Of a DNA stretch of 64,000 nt, positions 1 to 9,920 are shown in pieces (the first letter of the stretch is position 1; each line of letters opens with the position of its first letter). This DNA comes from Actinomycetota bacterium (lineage in GTDB: Bacteria; Actinomycetota; UBA4738; HRBIN12). The notes beneath the pieces were generated by a model, which saw nothing but the letters and a program-made list of their open reading frames with translations, was not told the DNA's origin and made no database searches. The position numbers were made by a program, and so were the translations under genes. The stretch lies in the NCBI GenBank assembly GCA_035288045.1, contig DATEBA010000023.1, positions 3,356 to 67,355 of the forward strand, given 5' to 3'.

Positions 1-2243
1 CAGGAGCCCGGCGTGTATCGCCTCGACGACGAGGATGTCGCCCTCGCCGTAGATCCGCGAGAGGACCTCGCCCTTGGGAAGGATCGAGAATCCTCGCACG
101 TACCCGAGTTCCTCGAGCACCGCGAGCACCCGCTCGAACTGCCGAGCGAGCGTCTCGGTCCGCGTGCGGATCCGCCGTTCGAGGCCGCGGATCTCCTTGT
201 CGAGCAGCGAGGCCCTCCTCGCCCAGCGCTCGTGGTCGTCACGGTCGGGGCAGGCGTGGCACGGATGCTCGGCCGCCCTGCGCTCGAGCTTGGACGCATC
301 GCGCTCGGCCCTCGCATCGACCGCCGGACCGCCCGGCTTCTGGGGACGGACGTCGAGTGCCACGAGACGCGCCGCGACATCGCGACGGAACCGGGCGCTC
401 CGCGCGTTCCCGCTGCGCGGCAACGAAACCCGCGTGATCGGAGCCGGAGGGTCCTCGAAGTCCTTGGCCGAGACGCGGAAGAAGCGCCGGTCCTGCGTGA
501 GGATGGTGGGCCTGCCTTCGCGGACCGAGAGGACGACCGCGAGCCCTCGGCGCCTTGCGCGCGGGACCCAGATTACGTCGCCGGGGTGGAGAGCGGCGAG
601 CGCGGCTCGTACCCCCTCGAGCCTCGCCCGCTCGTGGCCCTTGCGGGCCTCGTCGCGGATCTCCTCGGCGCGCTCGCGGAGCCGCCAGTACTGCCCGAAC
701 TCGCCGAGATCGCAGGCCATCTGCTCCCGGTACCCCACGAGGTAGGCCCTGTCGCGCTCCAGCTCGCCTTCGAGCGCCACGACGCTCCGGTCCGCCATGA
801 ACTGGGCGAACGATGAGTTCAACAGGTGGTGGGCCCGCTCGCGATCGTAGTTGCGAACGAGATTCACTGCCATGTTGTACGAGGGCCGGAACGAGGACGT
901 CAGCTCGTACGTACGCGTGGCCGCGAGGCTCGCGACTCGCTCGAACGGCACCTGGCGCTGGAACACGACGACCGCGTGGCCGATCTCGTCGATCCCTCTC
1001 CTTCCGGCGCGACCGGTGAGTTGCGTGTACTCCCCGGGCGTGAGCAGCTCGTGGCGCTCGCCGGAGAACTTCCAGAGCTCCTCGATCACTACCGTCTTGG
1101 CCGGCATGTTTATGCCGAGGGAGAGCGTCTCGGTCGCGAACACGACCTTCACTAGCCCGGCCTCGAACAGCTCCTCGACCGTCTCCTTGAACACCGGCAG
1201 CATCCCGGCGTGGTGGGCCGCGATCCCGGCGGACAGGGCGTCGAGGAGCTCGAAGAAGCCGAGGGTGACTAGGTCCTCCTCGTCCATCCACGCGGCCCGC
1301 ATCTCGGCGAACTCGCGGATCCGCTCGCGCTCCTCATCTGTGGTGAGCTGGATCCCCGACGCCATCAGCCACTCAACGCTGCGGTCGCATCCCGCGCGGC
1401 TGAACACGAAGTAGATCGCCGGGAGCATCGCCTGCTCGGCGAGGACCTCGACGACCTCCTCGCGGCGGGGTACGTACACCCGCCGATGCCCCTCGCGCGG
1501 GCGCGTCATGCGCTCGACCTGCGGGGTTCCCGAGAACCGGCGCTGGTAGGGTCTGATCCGGAGCTCCCGCTCGTCGAGCGACACGATGTAGGGGTTGGGG
1601 ACGGCGCGGCCGTCCTGCTCTACGTGCATCGGGTGGAGTCCGTGCCCTATCAGGTAGTGGTGCTCGAGGGGCACGGGGCGGCGCTCCTCGATCACGACGC
1701 GGGTCGGGCCACGGAGCGTGCCGATCCACTCGCCGAAGGTCTCCGCGTTCGAGATCGTCGCCGACAGGCACACGACCGACACCGAGAGGGGAAGGTGGAT
1801 GAGCACCTCCTCCCAGACCGCCCCGCGGTACGGGTCCTGCAGGTAGTGGACCTCGTCCATGACAACCGAGACGAGCCCACCTAGGGTCGTGCTGCGCTCG
1901 TAGAGCATGTTGCGGAGGACCTCGGTCGTCATGACGACGATCGGCGCCTCGGAGTTGATCGAGTTGTCCCCGGTGAGGAGCCCAACGCGCGCGGCGCCGT
2001 AGCGGGCGACGAAATCGCCGAACTTCTGGTTCGAGAGCGCCTTCAGCGGCGTCGTGTAGAAGGCCTTCCCCCCGAGATCCAGCGCTCGCTCGACCGCGAA
2101 CTCCGCTGCGACCGTCTTGCCGGACCCCGTCGGCGCGGCGACGAGCACCGACTCGCCGGCCGCGAGGGCCTCGATCGCCTCCAGCTGGAAGTCGTCGAGC
2201 GGGAACGGGTATCGCGCAGCGAAGCGCGTCGTGTCGTCCACGG
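1..2243 (-). CDS. helY: Ski2-like DEAD/DEAH-box RNA helicase (HelY family), C-terminus runs off window start
   Basis: Reverse translation from ~2243 gives VDDTTRFAARYPFPLDDFQLEAIEALAAGESVLVAAPTGSGKTVAAEF...YTTPLKALSNQK...VMDEVHYL...LSAT...FATETLSLGINMPAKTV...QLTGRAGRRG. Walker A/B and helicase motifs are present. Collinear with mycobacterial HelY upstream of tatC. Not listed in the ORF track because no stop falls inside the window. Start codon GTG is approximate. Confidence 0.8.
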
Positions 2244-2279
2244 AGGCAAGTCTACGGGCGCGGCCTCGTCCGCCCGCGG

Positions 2280-3017
2280 TCAGGCGAGACCGCAGCGCTC
2301 CACGTGCTCCTCGAGGAGTCCGTTGAACTCCTCGGGCGCCTCCAGGTTCGAGAGATGGCCGGCGCCCTCGATCACCGCGAGCTCGGCGCGGGGGATCCGC
2401 TCCGCCATCTCGGAACTCACATGTGGCGGGATCAGCGTGTCGCCCGTAGAGGTGATCACGAGCGTCGGCACGTCGATCCCGGTCAGGTCTTGAGTGGAGT
2501 CGGGGCGCTCGGCCATCCCGAGGCAAGCGGCGGCGATCGCGCCCGGCGGCTGGTCGGCGATCAATGCACGAACGCGCTCTCTCAGGTCCTCGGGGGCGGC
2601 AGCAGAGAGGAGGGGCGGCGGATCCTCCACGAAGAACGCGCTACCCTCGGCCAGCAGCCGCTCGGCCAACCCGCGGCGGGCCGCCGACCCCTCCGCCGTG
2701 TCGGGGATGGCGCGGGTGTTCGCCAGGGCCAGCCCGAGCACGCGCTCCCTGCTCCGGCGCCAGAGCTCGAAGCCGACGTAGCCTCCCATCGAGAGCCCGC
2801 ACACCACCGCCCGGTCGATCCCGGCCCGGTCCAGCTCCTTCACGCAGCGCTCGGCGGCCGCCCTCATCGTCATTACCTCAACCGCCGGCTCCGAGCCACC
2901 GAACCCCGGCAGGTGCGGCGCCGAGAGGGGCAGAGCGTCTGAGAACGCGGAGAGCTGCGGCTCCCACATCCGGGCGTCCAGCGGGAAGGCGTGGACCAGG
3001 AGCAGGCCGTCGGTCAT
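2280..3017 (-). CDS. alpha/beta-fold hydrolase
   Basis: ORF 245 aa. GLSMGG nucleophile-elbow motif and an HG... oxyanion region. Confidence 0.7.
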   Translation of the reverse strand: MTDGLLLVHAFPLDARMWEPQLSAFSDALPLSAPHLPGFGGSEPAVEVMTMRAAAERCVKELDRAGIDRAVVCGLSMGGYVGFELWRRSRERVLGLALANTRAIPDTAEGSAARRGLAERLLAEGSAFFVEDPPPLLSAAAPEDLRERVRALIADQPPGAIAAACLGMAERPDSTQDLTGIDVPTLVITSTGDTLIPPHVSSEMAERIPRAELAVIEGAGHLSNLEAPEEFNGLLEEHVERCGLA

Positions 3018-3922
3018 GGTGATCCCTCCCTCCGAGTAACGACCCGGAGCGCTCCCGGGACGACCGCGAAGACGGCCGGCAGCCGCCCGACCCGCTCACC
3101 GTCCGCGTACACCTTCACATCGCGGTCCGCGTTGAGCTCGACCCGAGCGCCGCGCAGCATCCGAACCTTCGGGTGGTCGACGTGGGTTCCGCGGAAGACC
3201 CGCGGGAAGGCGCGCAGGAACGCCCCCGTCGACATCGCCTCGACGACGCAGATCTCGAGCTTCCCGTCGGTGAGCGAGGCGTCGGGGCAGACCTTCATAC
3301 CGCCCCCGTACATCCGTCCGTTGCCCAGTACCACCAGCATCGCCTCCACGGTGTCGTCGACGCCGTCGACGCTGATCATGAACGTCGCGGGCCGGAACTT
3401 CCGCAGGGTCCTCACCACCGACACGATGTAGGTTCCCGTGGGGCCGAGGCGCAAACGCATCGCGTTCGCGGTCTCGGTGACCTCGGAGTCGAAGCCGGCT
3501 CCGGCGATGTTGACGAAGTGCCTGTCCACGTCGTCCGTGGAGACCCGAACGATGTCTATAGGCTCGACGTGCGGGTCGGCGAGCATCTCGATCGCCGCGT
3601 CGAGATCGCCGGTCGCGACCGTCTTGGCGAAGTCGTCCCCCGTCCCGCCGGGAAGGACCGCGAGGGCGGTGTCCGTCCCGACCAGCCCGTTCGCCACGAC
3701 GCCCGCCGTGCCGTCCCCGCCGAGCGCCGCCACGATGCGAGCGCCCTCCTCCGCTGCACGGCGGGCGAGCGGCTCCATCCGGTCGGGGCCGTCCGAGACG
3801 GCGATCTCGTGCGGGACGCCGAGGGTGGTGAGGGCCTCGGCGACCCTAGGTATCAGCTTCGCGCCCCTCCCCCGCCCCGAGGCGGGGTTCGCGATGACCA
3901 CGATGGCCTCCCGGGGGCTCAT
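3014..3922 (-). CDS. diacylglycerol/lipid kinase catalytic-domain protein (DagK/YegS family)
   Basis: ORF 302 aa. IANPASGRG...GGDGT motif typical of DAGK_cat. 4-nt overlap with the downstream hydrolase. Confidence 0.7.
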   Translation of the reverse strand: MSPREAIVVIANPASGRGRGAKLIPRVAEALTTLGVPHEIAVSDGPDRMEPLARRAAEEGARIVAALGGDGTAGVVANGLVGTDTALAVLPGGTGDDFAKTVATGDLDAAIEMLADPHVEPIDIVRVSTDDVDRHFVNIAGAGFDSEVTETANAMRLRLGPTGTYIVSVVRTLRKFRPATFMISVDGVDDTVEAMLVVLGNGRMYGGGMKVCPDASLTDGKLEICVVEAMSTGAFLRAFPRVFRGTHVDHPKVRMLRGARVELNADRDVKVYADGERVGRLPAVFAVVPGALRVVTRREGSP

Positions 3923-3944
3923 CGGACCCCGGCGCCTCCGCTCA

Positions 3945-4682
3945 TCAGGGCCCGGGGAACGTGGGTGGCTGGGCGAAGGGGGCCGTGGCCAGACCGGCCT
4001 TCTGGAGCGCGCGCGTGTAATCGGCGTAGCCGTCCTGGAACACGCGTTGGGCGATCTCCAGGACCGCCCCCGCGTGCTCGAGCAGCAGATCTCTTTCCGC
4101 CCCCTCGGCCTCGGCCGCCTGTCGGAGGAGCTCGCCCGCGCGCCCGTAGAGATCGAGTCCTTCGACCAGGGCGTCCTGGGAGTCGAACACGGAGTCTACG
4201 AGTTCGAACTCGAACCCCTTGCCGCCGACGAGCGAGGAGACGTCGACATCGGCGATCGCCTTCGAGGCGTCGGACGCCGTCTTCGCGACGTCGACTCCCG
4301 TCTCGGTGGCCTCCCTCGGATCACCCTTGCCCTTCTCCAGGTCGTCAAGCGTGGTCCCGAGGTTCACGAACGCGGCGAAGGCACCGGGCGAGAGCACCTG
4401 GCCCACCGGCGCCAGGGCCGATTCGATCGTGCTCTGGTACTGGCCCACGGCCTGACGGGCGCGGGCGGCGACCTTCTGCCGCTCCTCCCTGGCGCGTTCC
4501 TCGTCCAGGCCGTTCCTGGCCCAAAGGATGACGGCGGCGGTGAGCAGGCCGACGACGAAGGCGAGCGTCACCTGCACCCGCTTGCGGAGGAAGAACGGCG
4601 GCCTGACCTCGACCGGCACTGCGCGGGGCGCTCGCGCCACCTGCTTGCTCTTCTTCGGACGGCTCTTGCTCTTGATCGCCAT
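3945..4682 (-). CDS. hypothetical membrane-anchored protein
   Basis: ORF 245 aa. Basic N-terminus, one TM helix (LAFVVGLLTAAVILWA), then a helical/acidic region. Confidence 0.5.
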   Translation of the reverse strand: MAIKSKSRPKKSKQVARAPRAVPVEVRPPFFLRKRVQVTLAFVVGLLTAAVILWARNGLDEERAREERQKVAARARQAVGQYQSTIESALAPVGQVLSPGAFAAFVNLGTTLDDLEKGKGDPREATETGVDVAKTASDASKAIADVDVSSLVGGKGFEFELVDSVFDSQDALVEGLDLYGRAGELLRQAAEAEGAERDLLLEHAGAVLEIAQRVFQDGYADYTRALQKAGLATAPFAQPPTFPGP

Positions 4683-4686
4683 TGCC

Positions 4687-5457
4687 CTACTTCTTCATGA
4701 GACGGGTCACAAGGATAGCGCCCTCGTAGAGCATCACCATCGGACCCATCATCGCGAGCATCGTGTACGGGTCCTGGCTCGGTGTGATCACGGCTGCCAC
4801 GATCGCGATGATCACGACGACGTAGCGGCGCCAGGACCGCATCTGCCGGCTCGAGACTAGCCCGATCCCAGATAGGAAGATGAGAAGCAAGGGGAACTCG
4901 AACGACACCCCGAACGCGAGGATCATGATCATGATGAAGCCGATGAACTCCTTCGCGCCGAGCACCGCTTGGATGTGCTGGCCGCCGAACCCGAGCAGGA
5001 ACTCGAGTCCCCGCGGGAGCGTCACGTAGGCGATCACGGCACCGAGGGCGAACAGGATCACCGAGGACGCGACGAACGGGATCGCAAGCTTACGCTCGCG
5101 CGACGTGAGCCCGGGCACGATGAACGCCCACAACTGGTACAGCACTATCGGGAGCGCGATGAAGAGCCCGATGAACGCGACGACCTTGAGCTTGATCACG
5201 AAAGCGTCGATCGCCCCGAGGAAGATGAAGTCGCACCCGGCCGGCGGGCGCTGCGATACCGGCATCGAGTTCACCACGTCGCAGTAGGGCTCGCGGAGCA
5301 GCCGGATCACAGGGTCGTACAGGAACCACCCGCCGACGGCACCGACGGCGACTGAACCCATCGAGATGATCAGACGCGAACGAAGCTCCTCGAGGTGCTC
5401 GATCAGCGTCATCGACGCCTCGCGGCGCCTGCGTCGCAGCTTCGGGATCAGCGCCAC
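4687..5457 (-). CDS. tatC: twin-arginine translocase subunit TatC
   Basis: ORF 256 aa. MTLIEHLEELRSRLI, multiple TM helices, PLLLIFLSGIGLV: the characteristic TatC family pattern. True start may be M16 at 5412. Confidence 0.85.
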   Translation of the reverse strand: MALIPKLRRRRREASMTLIEHLEELRSRLIISMGSVAVGAVGGWFLYDPVIRLLREPYCDVVNSMPVSQRPPAGCDFIFLGAIDAFVIKLKVVAFIGLFIALPIVLYQLWAFIVPGLTSRERKLAIPFVASSVILFALGAVIAYVTLPRGLEFLLGFGGQHIQAVLGAKEFIGFIMIMILAFGVSFEFPLLLIFLSGIGLVSSRQMRSWRRYVVVIIAIVAAVITPSQDPYTMLAMMGPMVMLYEGAILVTRLMKK

Positions 5458-5475
5458 GATGGGATCCCGTTGGCC

Positions 5476-5799
5476 CTACTCCGACGGGCTCGGGTCGGCG
5501 GCCGCGGGCTCCTCGCCGGCGGACTCGCCCTTGGCGGCGGGCTCGTCCACGGTAGCTGTCTCGTCCTCACCGGCGGGCTGCGTCTTGGCCGCGGGGCGAA
5601 CCGGGGCCCGCCGGGGGCTGGCCTTCGGCTCCTCGTTCAGCTCGAGGGTGAGCGTCTCGCGCACCTCGTCCTGCGCCCTGCGGAGCTCCCGGAGACCCCT
5701 GCCGATCGACCGGCCCACCTCGGGCAGCCGCCTGGGGCCCACGACGACGAGCGCCACGAGCAAGATGAGCAGGAGCTCCATCGGGCCGATGTTGAACAT
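5476..5799 (-). CDS. tatA: twin-arginine translocase TatA/E family protein
   Basis: Internal start M39 of ORF 5476..5913. MFNIGPMELLLILLVALVVVGPRRLPEVGRSIGRGLRELRRAQDEV: TM helix plus amphipathic helix. The upstream 38 aa are Arg-rich and were treated as non-coding. Confidence 0.8.
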   Translation of the reverse strand: MFNIGPMELLLILLVALVVVGPRRLPEVGRSIGRGLRELRRAQDEVRETLTLELNEEPKASPRRAPVRPAAKTQPAGEDETATVDEPAAKGESAGEEPAAADPSPSE

Positions 5800-5830
5800 G
5801 GTCGTTGCAGGCGCAGTGCCCGACCCGATT

Positions 5831-6064
5831 CTACCCCGCGCCCCGCGGTTGCCCCTGCTCACGGATCTGGAGACCGGCCGCCCGCTCACCGGCCCGCGCC
5901 GACTCGGCCGCAAGCTCCTCTGCCAGGGGCTGGACCTCGTCCCGGAAGCGCCCGAGAGCGCGCGCGAGCAGCAGCACGTGCCGCGCGAGACCGATCAGCA
6001 CGGCCACCAGAGCGGCGAAGGTCACCAGACCGACGGTTAGCCAGACGATGCCTGGGGCAGACAC
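5831..6064 (-). CDS. small membrane protein, possibly a diverged TatA/TatB-family paralog
   Basis: 77 aa. One TM helix (IVWLTVGLVTFAALVAVLIGL) followed by ARALGRFRDEVQ, which resembles TatA SIGRGLRELRRAQDEV. Sits immediately upstream of tatA. Confidence 0.35.
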   Translation of the reverse strand: MSAPGIVWLTVGLVTFAALVAVLIGLARHVLLLARALGRFRDEVQPLAEELAAESARAGERAAGLQIREQGQPRGAG

Positions 6065-6087
6065 GCTTCAGATCGTAAGCGGAGGCG

Positions 6088-6441
6088 CTACTGCTTCGCC
6101 AGGAAATCTCGGATGAACCGGTCGTCCTGGAGCTGGAAGTGGAACTCGATCAGGTCATCGATCGTCAGGACCGGCCCGTCTCGCAGGTCGCCCCGGGGGT
6201 CCTCCGCGGCCTGGTCGAAAAGGCCTGCGGCGTCCCCGTCGACGCTAGACACGTCGACCCCGGCCGAGACCAGCAGCGCCACGATCTTGCGGTCGGCCCG
6301 CTTCTCCACGCTGTCCATGCAGGTCGGGCAGGTGAACCGGTACATACCCTCCCGACCGTCCTGGAGCACCGAGAGCAGGATGGCCTCCGGGCCCATGTCC
6401 ACTTCCCCGCAGCGGGGGCACGTCGTGCGGATGGTAGTCAT
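6088..6441 (-). CDS. DUF3039-like zinc-ribbon protein
   Basis: Internal start M90 of ORF 6088..6708. MTTIRTTCPRCG...FTCPTCMDSV: two CxxC pairs. GGGGTGAG RBS lies upstream. Confidence 0.55.
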   Translation of the reverse strand: MTTIRTTCPRCGEVDMGPEAILLSVLQDGREGMYRFTCPTCMDSVEKRADRKIVALLVSAGVDVSSVDGDAAGLFDQAAEDPRGDLRDGPVLTIDDLIEFHFQLQDDRFIRDFLAKQ

Positions 6442-6491
6442 CTCACCCCGTTTATCGGCGGGGTGCGAGACCACCTTTACCCCCGTTCGCC

Positions 6492-7508
6492 CTACCCCGG
6501 AGGAGCCCCCCGGTACCGCTCCAGAGCCCGACCGGCGAGCTCCGAGACCCTGTCCCGGAGTTCGGGGGGCGCGAGGACCTCGGCGCTCGTGCCGAGCGAC
6601 AACAGTAGCCTGGCCACCCACTCGAGACGCTTCGTTGGCAGGGCCACCTCCAGCGACCCGTCCGGGCGCTCGCTCTCCTCCGTAACCTCGTAGTACTCGG
6701 ACACCCACCGGGCCTCTGGAGCGAGCCGCAGGCGGACCTCGACGTCGTCGTGCGAGGCCGTGTAGAGTGGCCGGCCGGCGCCAGCCAGGCCGCGGCGCTC
6801 GAACCGCTCCCCCGTCGCCCGCACCGCCTTGATCCGGTCCAACCTGAACAGGCGCTCGTCGTCGACGGACATGTCCCAGGCCGCCACGTACCAGTTCCCC
6901 ATGCTCGAGAAGACCTCCTCCGCCGCGATCCGCCGGGTTGTCGTCTGTCCCGAGGAGGCCGCGAAGTAGTCGATCTCGAGGCGTTCGCCGGCCGCCGCGG
7001 CCGCCCGCACGCGGTCCAGGACCTCGGCGCCCCGGCCGGATATCGTCTCGATGCGCCCCGCCACGTCCTCGAGCGACTCCGGTCCGAGCCCTTCCCGGAG
7101 CTTGTCGAGTGCCGAGGAGAGGGCGCGTGACTCGCGCAGGCCGGGCGTCGCGGCCAGCGAGGTGCCCCGGAGATAGAGGGCGATGGCCTCGTTCCGGGTG
7201 AGGCGGAGCGGCCTGGCGAAGTAGTCGGCCATCGTTATGGTGATCCGACCGTCTTCGAGATCGACTTCGATCAGGTCGCCGGGGCCGTAAGGGGGCAGCC
7301 CCGAGACGAAGAGGAGCTGGAGGTCCTCGACGAGCTCTTCCTCGGAGACGTCGAAGAGCCTCGAAGCCTCCGAGATCTTGGTCCCGGGGTGACGGACGAG
7401 GTAGGGCACCATTACCAGGAGGCGCCGGAGACGTTCCGCGGCCTTGGCCGGCCTGCGGCGCTCAGTGGCCGCCAACGAGTTCCTCCAGACGCCGGGTCGC
7501 CTCCTCAC
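6492..7508 (-). CDS. pafC: proteasome accessory factor PafC (HTH-WYL transcriptional regulator)
   Basis: ORF 338 aa. LRRLLVMVPYLVRHPG matches the mycobacterial PafC N-terminus LVRLLNMVPYF. WYL-type C-terminal half. Start uncertain. Overlaps pafB. Confidence 0.8.
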   Translation of the reverse strand: MRRRPGVWRNSLAATERRRPAKAAERLRRLLVMVPYLVRHPGTKISEASRLFDVSEEELVEDLQLLFVSGLPPYGPGDLIEVDLEDGRITITMADYFARPLRLTRNEAIALYLRGTSLAATPGLRESRALSSALDKLREGLGPESLEDVAGRIETISGRGAEVLDRVRAAAAAGERLEIDYFAASSGQTTTRRIAAEEVFSSMGNWYVAAWDMSVDDERLFRLDRIKAVRATGERFERRGLAGAGRPLYTASHDDVEVRLRLAPEARWVSEYYEVTEESERPDGSLEVALPTKRLEWVARLLLSLGTSAEVLAPPELRDRVSELAGRALERYRGAPPG

Positions 7509-8412
7509 GAAGCTGCTGGGGACCGAGGACCTCCGCGTCGGGCCCGAATCGCAGCACCCACCCGACGAGCCCGTCCGCCTCCGCGTACGGCACGGTCGCC
7601 TCCATCCAGCCGTCGGGACGCGACGGCTTCACCTCGACCCCCGGCACCCCCGCCAGAGCCCACCATGCCGCGTTCGGCGAGAACGCGATGTGGGCGCGCT
7701 CCGCGGGCTCGCCCGGCCCCCAGGGGCCTGTCTGGATGTGGTCTGAAGCCCGGAAGCCCTTGGGCGGCTCGCTACCATTGCGGACCTCCTCCACTTCAGA
7801 GGCGAGACGCGAGAGACGGAACGAGCGCACCTCGGTCCTGTCGTGGTCGAGGCCCACCACGTACCAGTGGCCGGCCCGCCACACCAGGCCCCAGGGGTCG
7901 ATGTCTCTGTCGGAGATCGCGCCTCGCGAAGTCCGGTACCGGAAGCGGATCCGCCGCCGCCGTAGCAGGGCCTCGGCCACGGCGGTCAGGCGCCCACCGG
8001 CTGCGTCTGGCGCGGCCACCGGCGCGATCGATCGGCCGACGAGCACGCCGCCCTGGGCCCCGTAGAGGAGCTTTCGGACGCCCTGCTCGGCGGTGGTGTC
8101 CTCTCCGGGGGACAGCGCCGCCACGAACAGAGCAGAGAGCTCCTCGCCGGTGAAGGCGATCTCCGGGACGTAGTACCTGTCCTTCGGGATGATGTATCCC
8201 GACTCCACTTCCCAGGGGTCGGTCGAGACCACCTCGACCGGGATACCGTTGTCGCGGAGGAGGTCCTTGTCCCGCTCGAACATCCGTTTCGCCGAGGCAG
8301 GGTCCTCGTGCCCGTACGCGGGGAGCTTCTCGCGGATCTGGTCGAAGGTTAGGGGCCGGCGCGTCTCGAGTAGGAGAGCCACGAGGTTGATGAGGCGCTC
8401 GAGCGGCTGCAT
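7462..8412 (-). CDS. pafB: proteasome accessory factor PafB (HTH-WYL transcriptional regulator)
   Basis: ORF 316 aa. MQPLERLINLVALLLETRRPLTFDQIRE...KRMFERDKDLLRDNGIPVEV closely parallels the mycobacterial PafB N-terminus. Confidence 0.85.
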   Translation of the reverse strand: MQPLERLINLVALLLETRRPLTFDQIREKLPAYGHEDPASAKRMFERDKDLLRDNGIPVEVVSTDPWEVESGYIIPKDRYYVPEIAFTGEELSALFVAALSPGEDTTAEQGVRKLLYGAQGGVLVGRSIAPVAAPDAAGGRLTAVAEALLRRRRIRFRYRTSRGAISDRDIDPWGLVWRAGHWYVVGLDHDRTEVRSFRLSRLASEVEEVRNGSEPPKGFRASDHIQTGPWGPGEPAERAHIAFSPNAAWWALAGVPGVEVKPSRPDGWMEATVPYAEADGLVGWVLRFGPDAEVLGPQQLREEATRRLEELVGGH

Positions 8413-8451
8413 CGTGCGGCATCATACTCGGGTGCCCTGTGAGGGGATCCG

Positions 8452-9543
8452 ATGATCAGACTGCGGCAAGGCAGGGTCGTCGCCATCACCGCCGCGCGGC
8501 CCGGCGTCGTAGAGGTCAACGTCGAGGTGGACGGCGAGCGGGCCGCCGCGCTCGTCTACCCAGACCTCGTCGGCCCCGTCGCCGAGGGCGACGCGGTCGT
8601 CCTCAACACGACGGCCGTCGCTCTGGGCCTCGGTACGGGCGGGACCCATCTCGTGGTCGCGGTCGAGGGCGCCGAGGGCACAGACATCGCGCATGGGGGC
8701 CGCGTGATGAAGGCGCGCTACACCCCGCTCCAAGCGGTGGTGCGATCCGTCGAGGAGACCCACCGAGACGTGTTGGAGACCTCCTCGGGGCTGGAGGGGA
8801 CGCCGGTCGTCACCGCTCCTCTTCACTCGATGGTCGCGATGGTCGCCGCCGGTGCCAAGGCGGCCGGCGCCAAGCGGGTCGCCTACGCGATGACCGACGG
8901 GTCGGCGCTGCCGGGAGCCTTCTCCCGTCTCGTTCCCCGGCTTCGCGGCGCGGGGCTCCTGGACGGCTGGGTCACATGCGGGCAAGCCTTCGGCGGAGAG
9001 CTCGAGGCCGTGACCCTCTGGAGCGGCCTGCTGGCGGCCAAGGAGGTTCTCGCAGCGGATGTCGTGGTCGTGGCCGACGGTCCGGGGAACCTCGGGACGG
9101 ACACGAAATGGGGCGTATCGGCGCTCGCCGGTGGCCATGCCCTGAACGCGACCGAGACCCTAGGCGGGCGGCCGGTTGCCGCTCTCCGGGTGAGCTTCGC
9201 CGATCGCCGCGAGCGCCACTGGGGCTTGTCCCACCACTCCCTCACGATCCTCAAGGAGGTGGCGACGTGCCACGCGAACATTGCCGTTCCTCTGCTCGAG
9301 CGTGAGCAGCGGGAGGCGCTCTGGGACTCCCTCAGGGCGGCCAAGCTGGAGGACCGGCACCAGCTCGTGGAGGTGGTCGGCGCGCCGGCGCTCCAGGAGC
9401 TGGAGAGCCGCGGCGTCGAGATCGAGTCGATGGGCCGCCGGCCCGCCGACGACCCGGCGTTCTTCCTGGCGGCCGGTGCCGCGGGGGTGCTCGCCGGTCG
9501 GATGGCGGTCGGCTCGCGCGCGTACCGTGCGCCGGGTGCCTAG
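8452..9543 (+). CDS. DUF3866-like conserved hypothetical protein
   Basis: ORF 363 aa on the plus strand, inserted between pafB and pafA. Gly/Ala-rich soluble protein. No catalytic motif recognised. Confidence 0.5.
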   Translation: MIRLRQGRVVAITAARPGVVEVNVEVDGERAAALVYPDLVGPVAEGDAVVLNTTAVALGLGTGGTHLVVAVEGAEGTDIAHGGRVMKARYTPLQAVVRSVEETHRDVLETSSGLEGTPVVTAPLHSMVAMVAAGAKAAGAKRVAYAMTDGSALPGAFSRLVPRLRGAGLLDGWVTCGQAFGGELEAVTLWSGLLAAKEVLAADVVVVADGPGNLGTDTKWGVSALAGGHALNATETLGGRPVAALRVSFADRRERHWGLSHHSLTILKEVATCHANIAVPLLEREQREALWDSLRAAKLEDRHQLVEVVGAPALQELESRGVEIESMGRRPADDPAFFLAAGAAGVLAGRMAVGSRAYRAPGA

Positions 9544-9559
9544 AGGCGTCTGAGAGGAT

Positions 9560-9919
9560 GTGGAGGTGAGCCAGCCCGAGTTCGGCGACCCGACCAGGCG
9601 TACCTACCTTGCCGCAGAGCGCACGTTCCTGGCGTGGCTCCGCTCCGGGATGGCAGCCCTTGCGGTGGCCCTGGCCGTCGGCCGCCTGCTCCCGAGCCTG
9701 ACGGAGGGCTCCCCCACCCCCTTCCTCTTCCTGGGCATCGGCTTCGGCGTCCTGGGAGTCGCCATGGTGGTCTTCGGCTCGCTCCGGCAGCGGGAGGTCC
9801 AGCTCTCGGTAAAGAGCGGGAGCTTCCGGTTCCTCTCGCCGGGAGCTGTCCTCGGCTTCACGCTGCTCGGCACCATCCTGGGCGTCGCGACGGTGGTCCT
9901 CGTCGCGCTGGAACTCTGA
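9560..9919 (+). CDS. DUF202 (YidH-like) small membrane protein
   Basis: 119 aa. RTYLAAERTFLAWLRSGMAALAVA plus a second TM segment: the typical DUF202 pattern. Confidence 0.6.
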   Translation: MEVSQPEFGDPTRRTYLAAERTFLAWLRSGMAALAVALAVGRLLPSLTEGSPTPFLFLGIGFGVLGVAMVVFGSLRQREVQLSVKSGSFRFLSPGAVLGFTLLGTILGVATVVLVALEL

Positions 9920-9920
9920 C

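Noticed and set aside
5800-5913. 38-aa N-terminal extension of the tatA ORF
   Set aside because: Low-complexity Arg/Gly/Ser sequence. The canonical TatA N-terminus starts at the internal Met (MFNIGPMELLL…).
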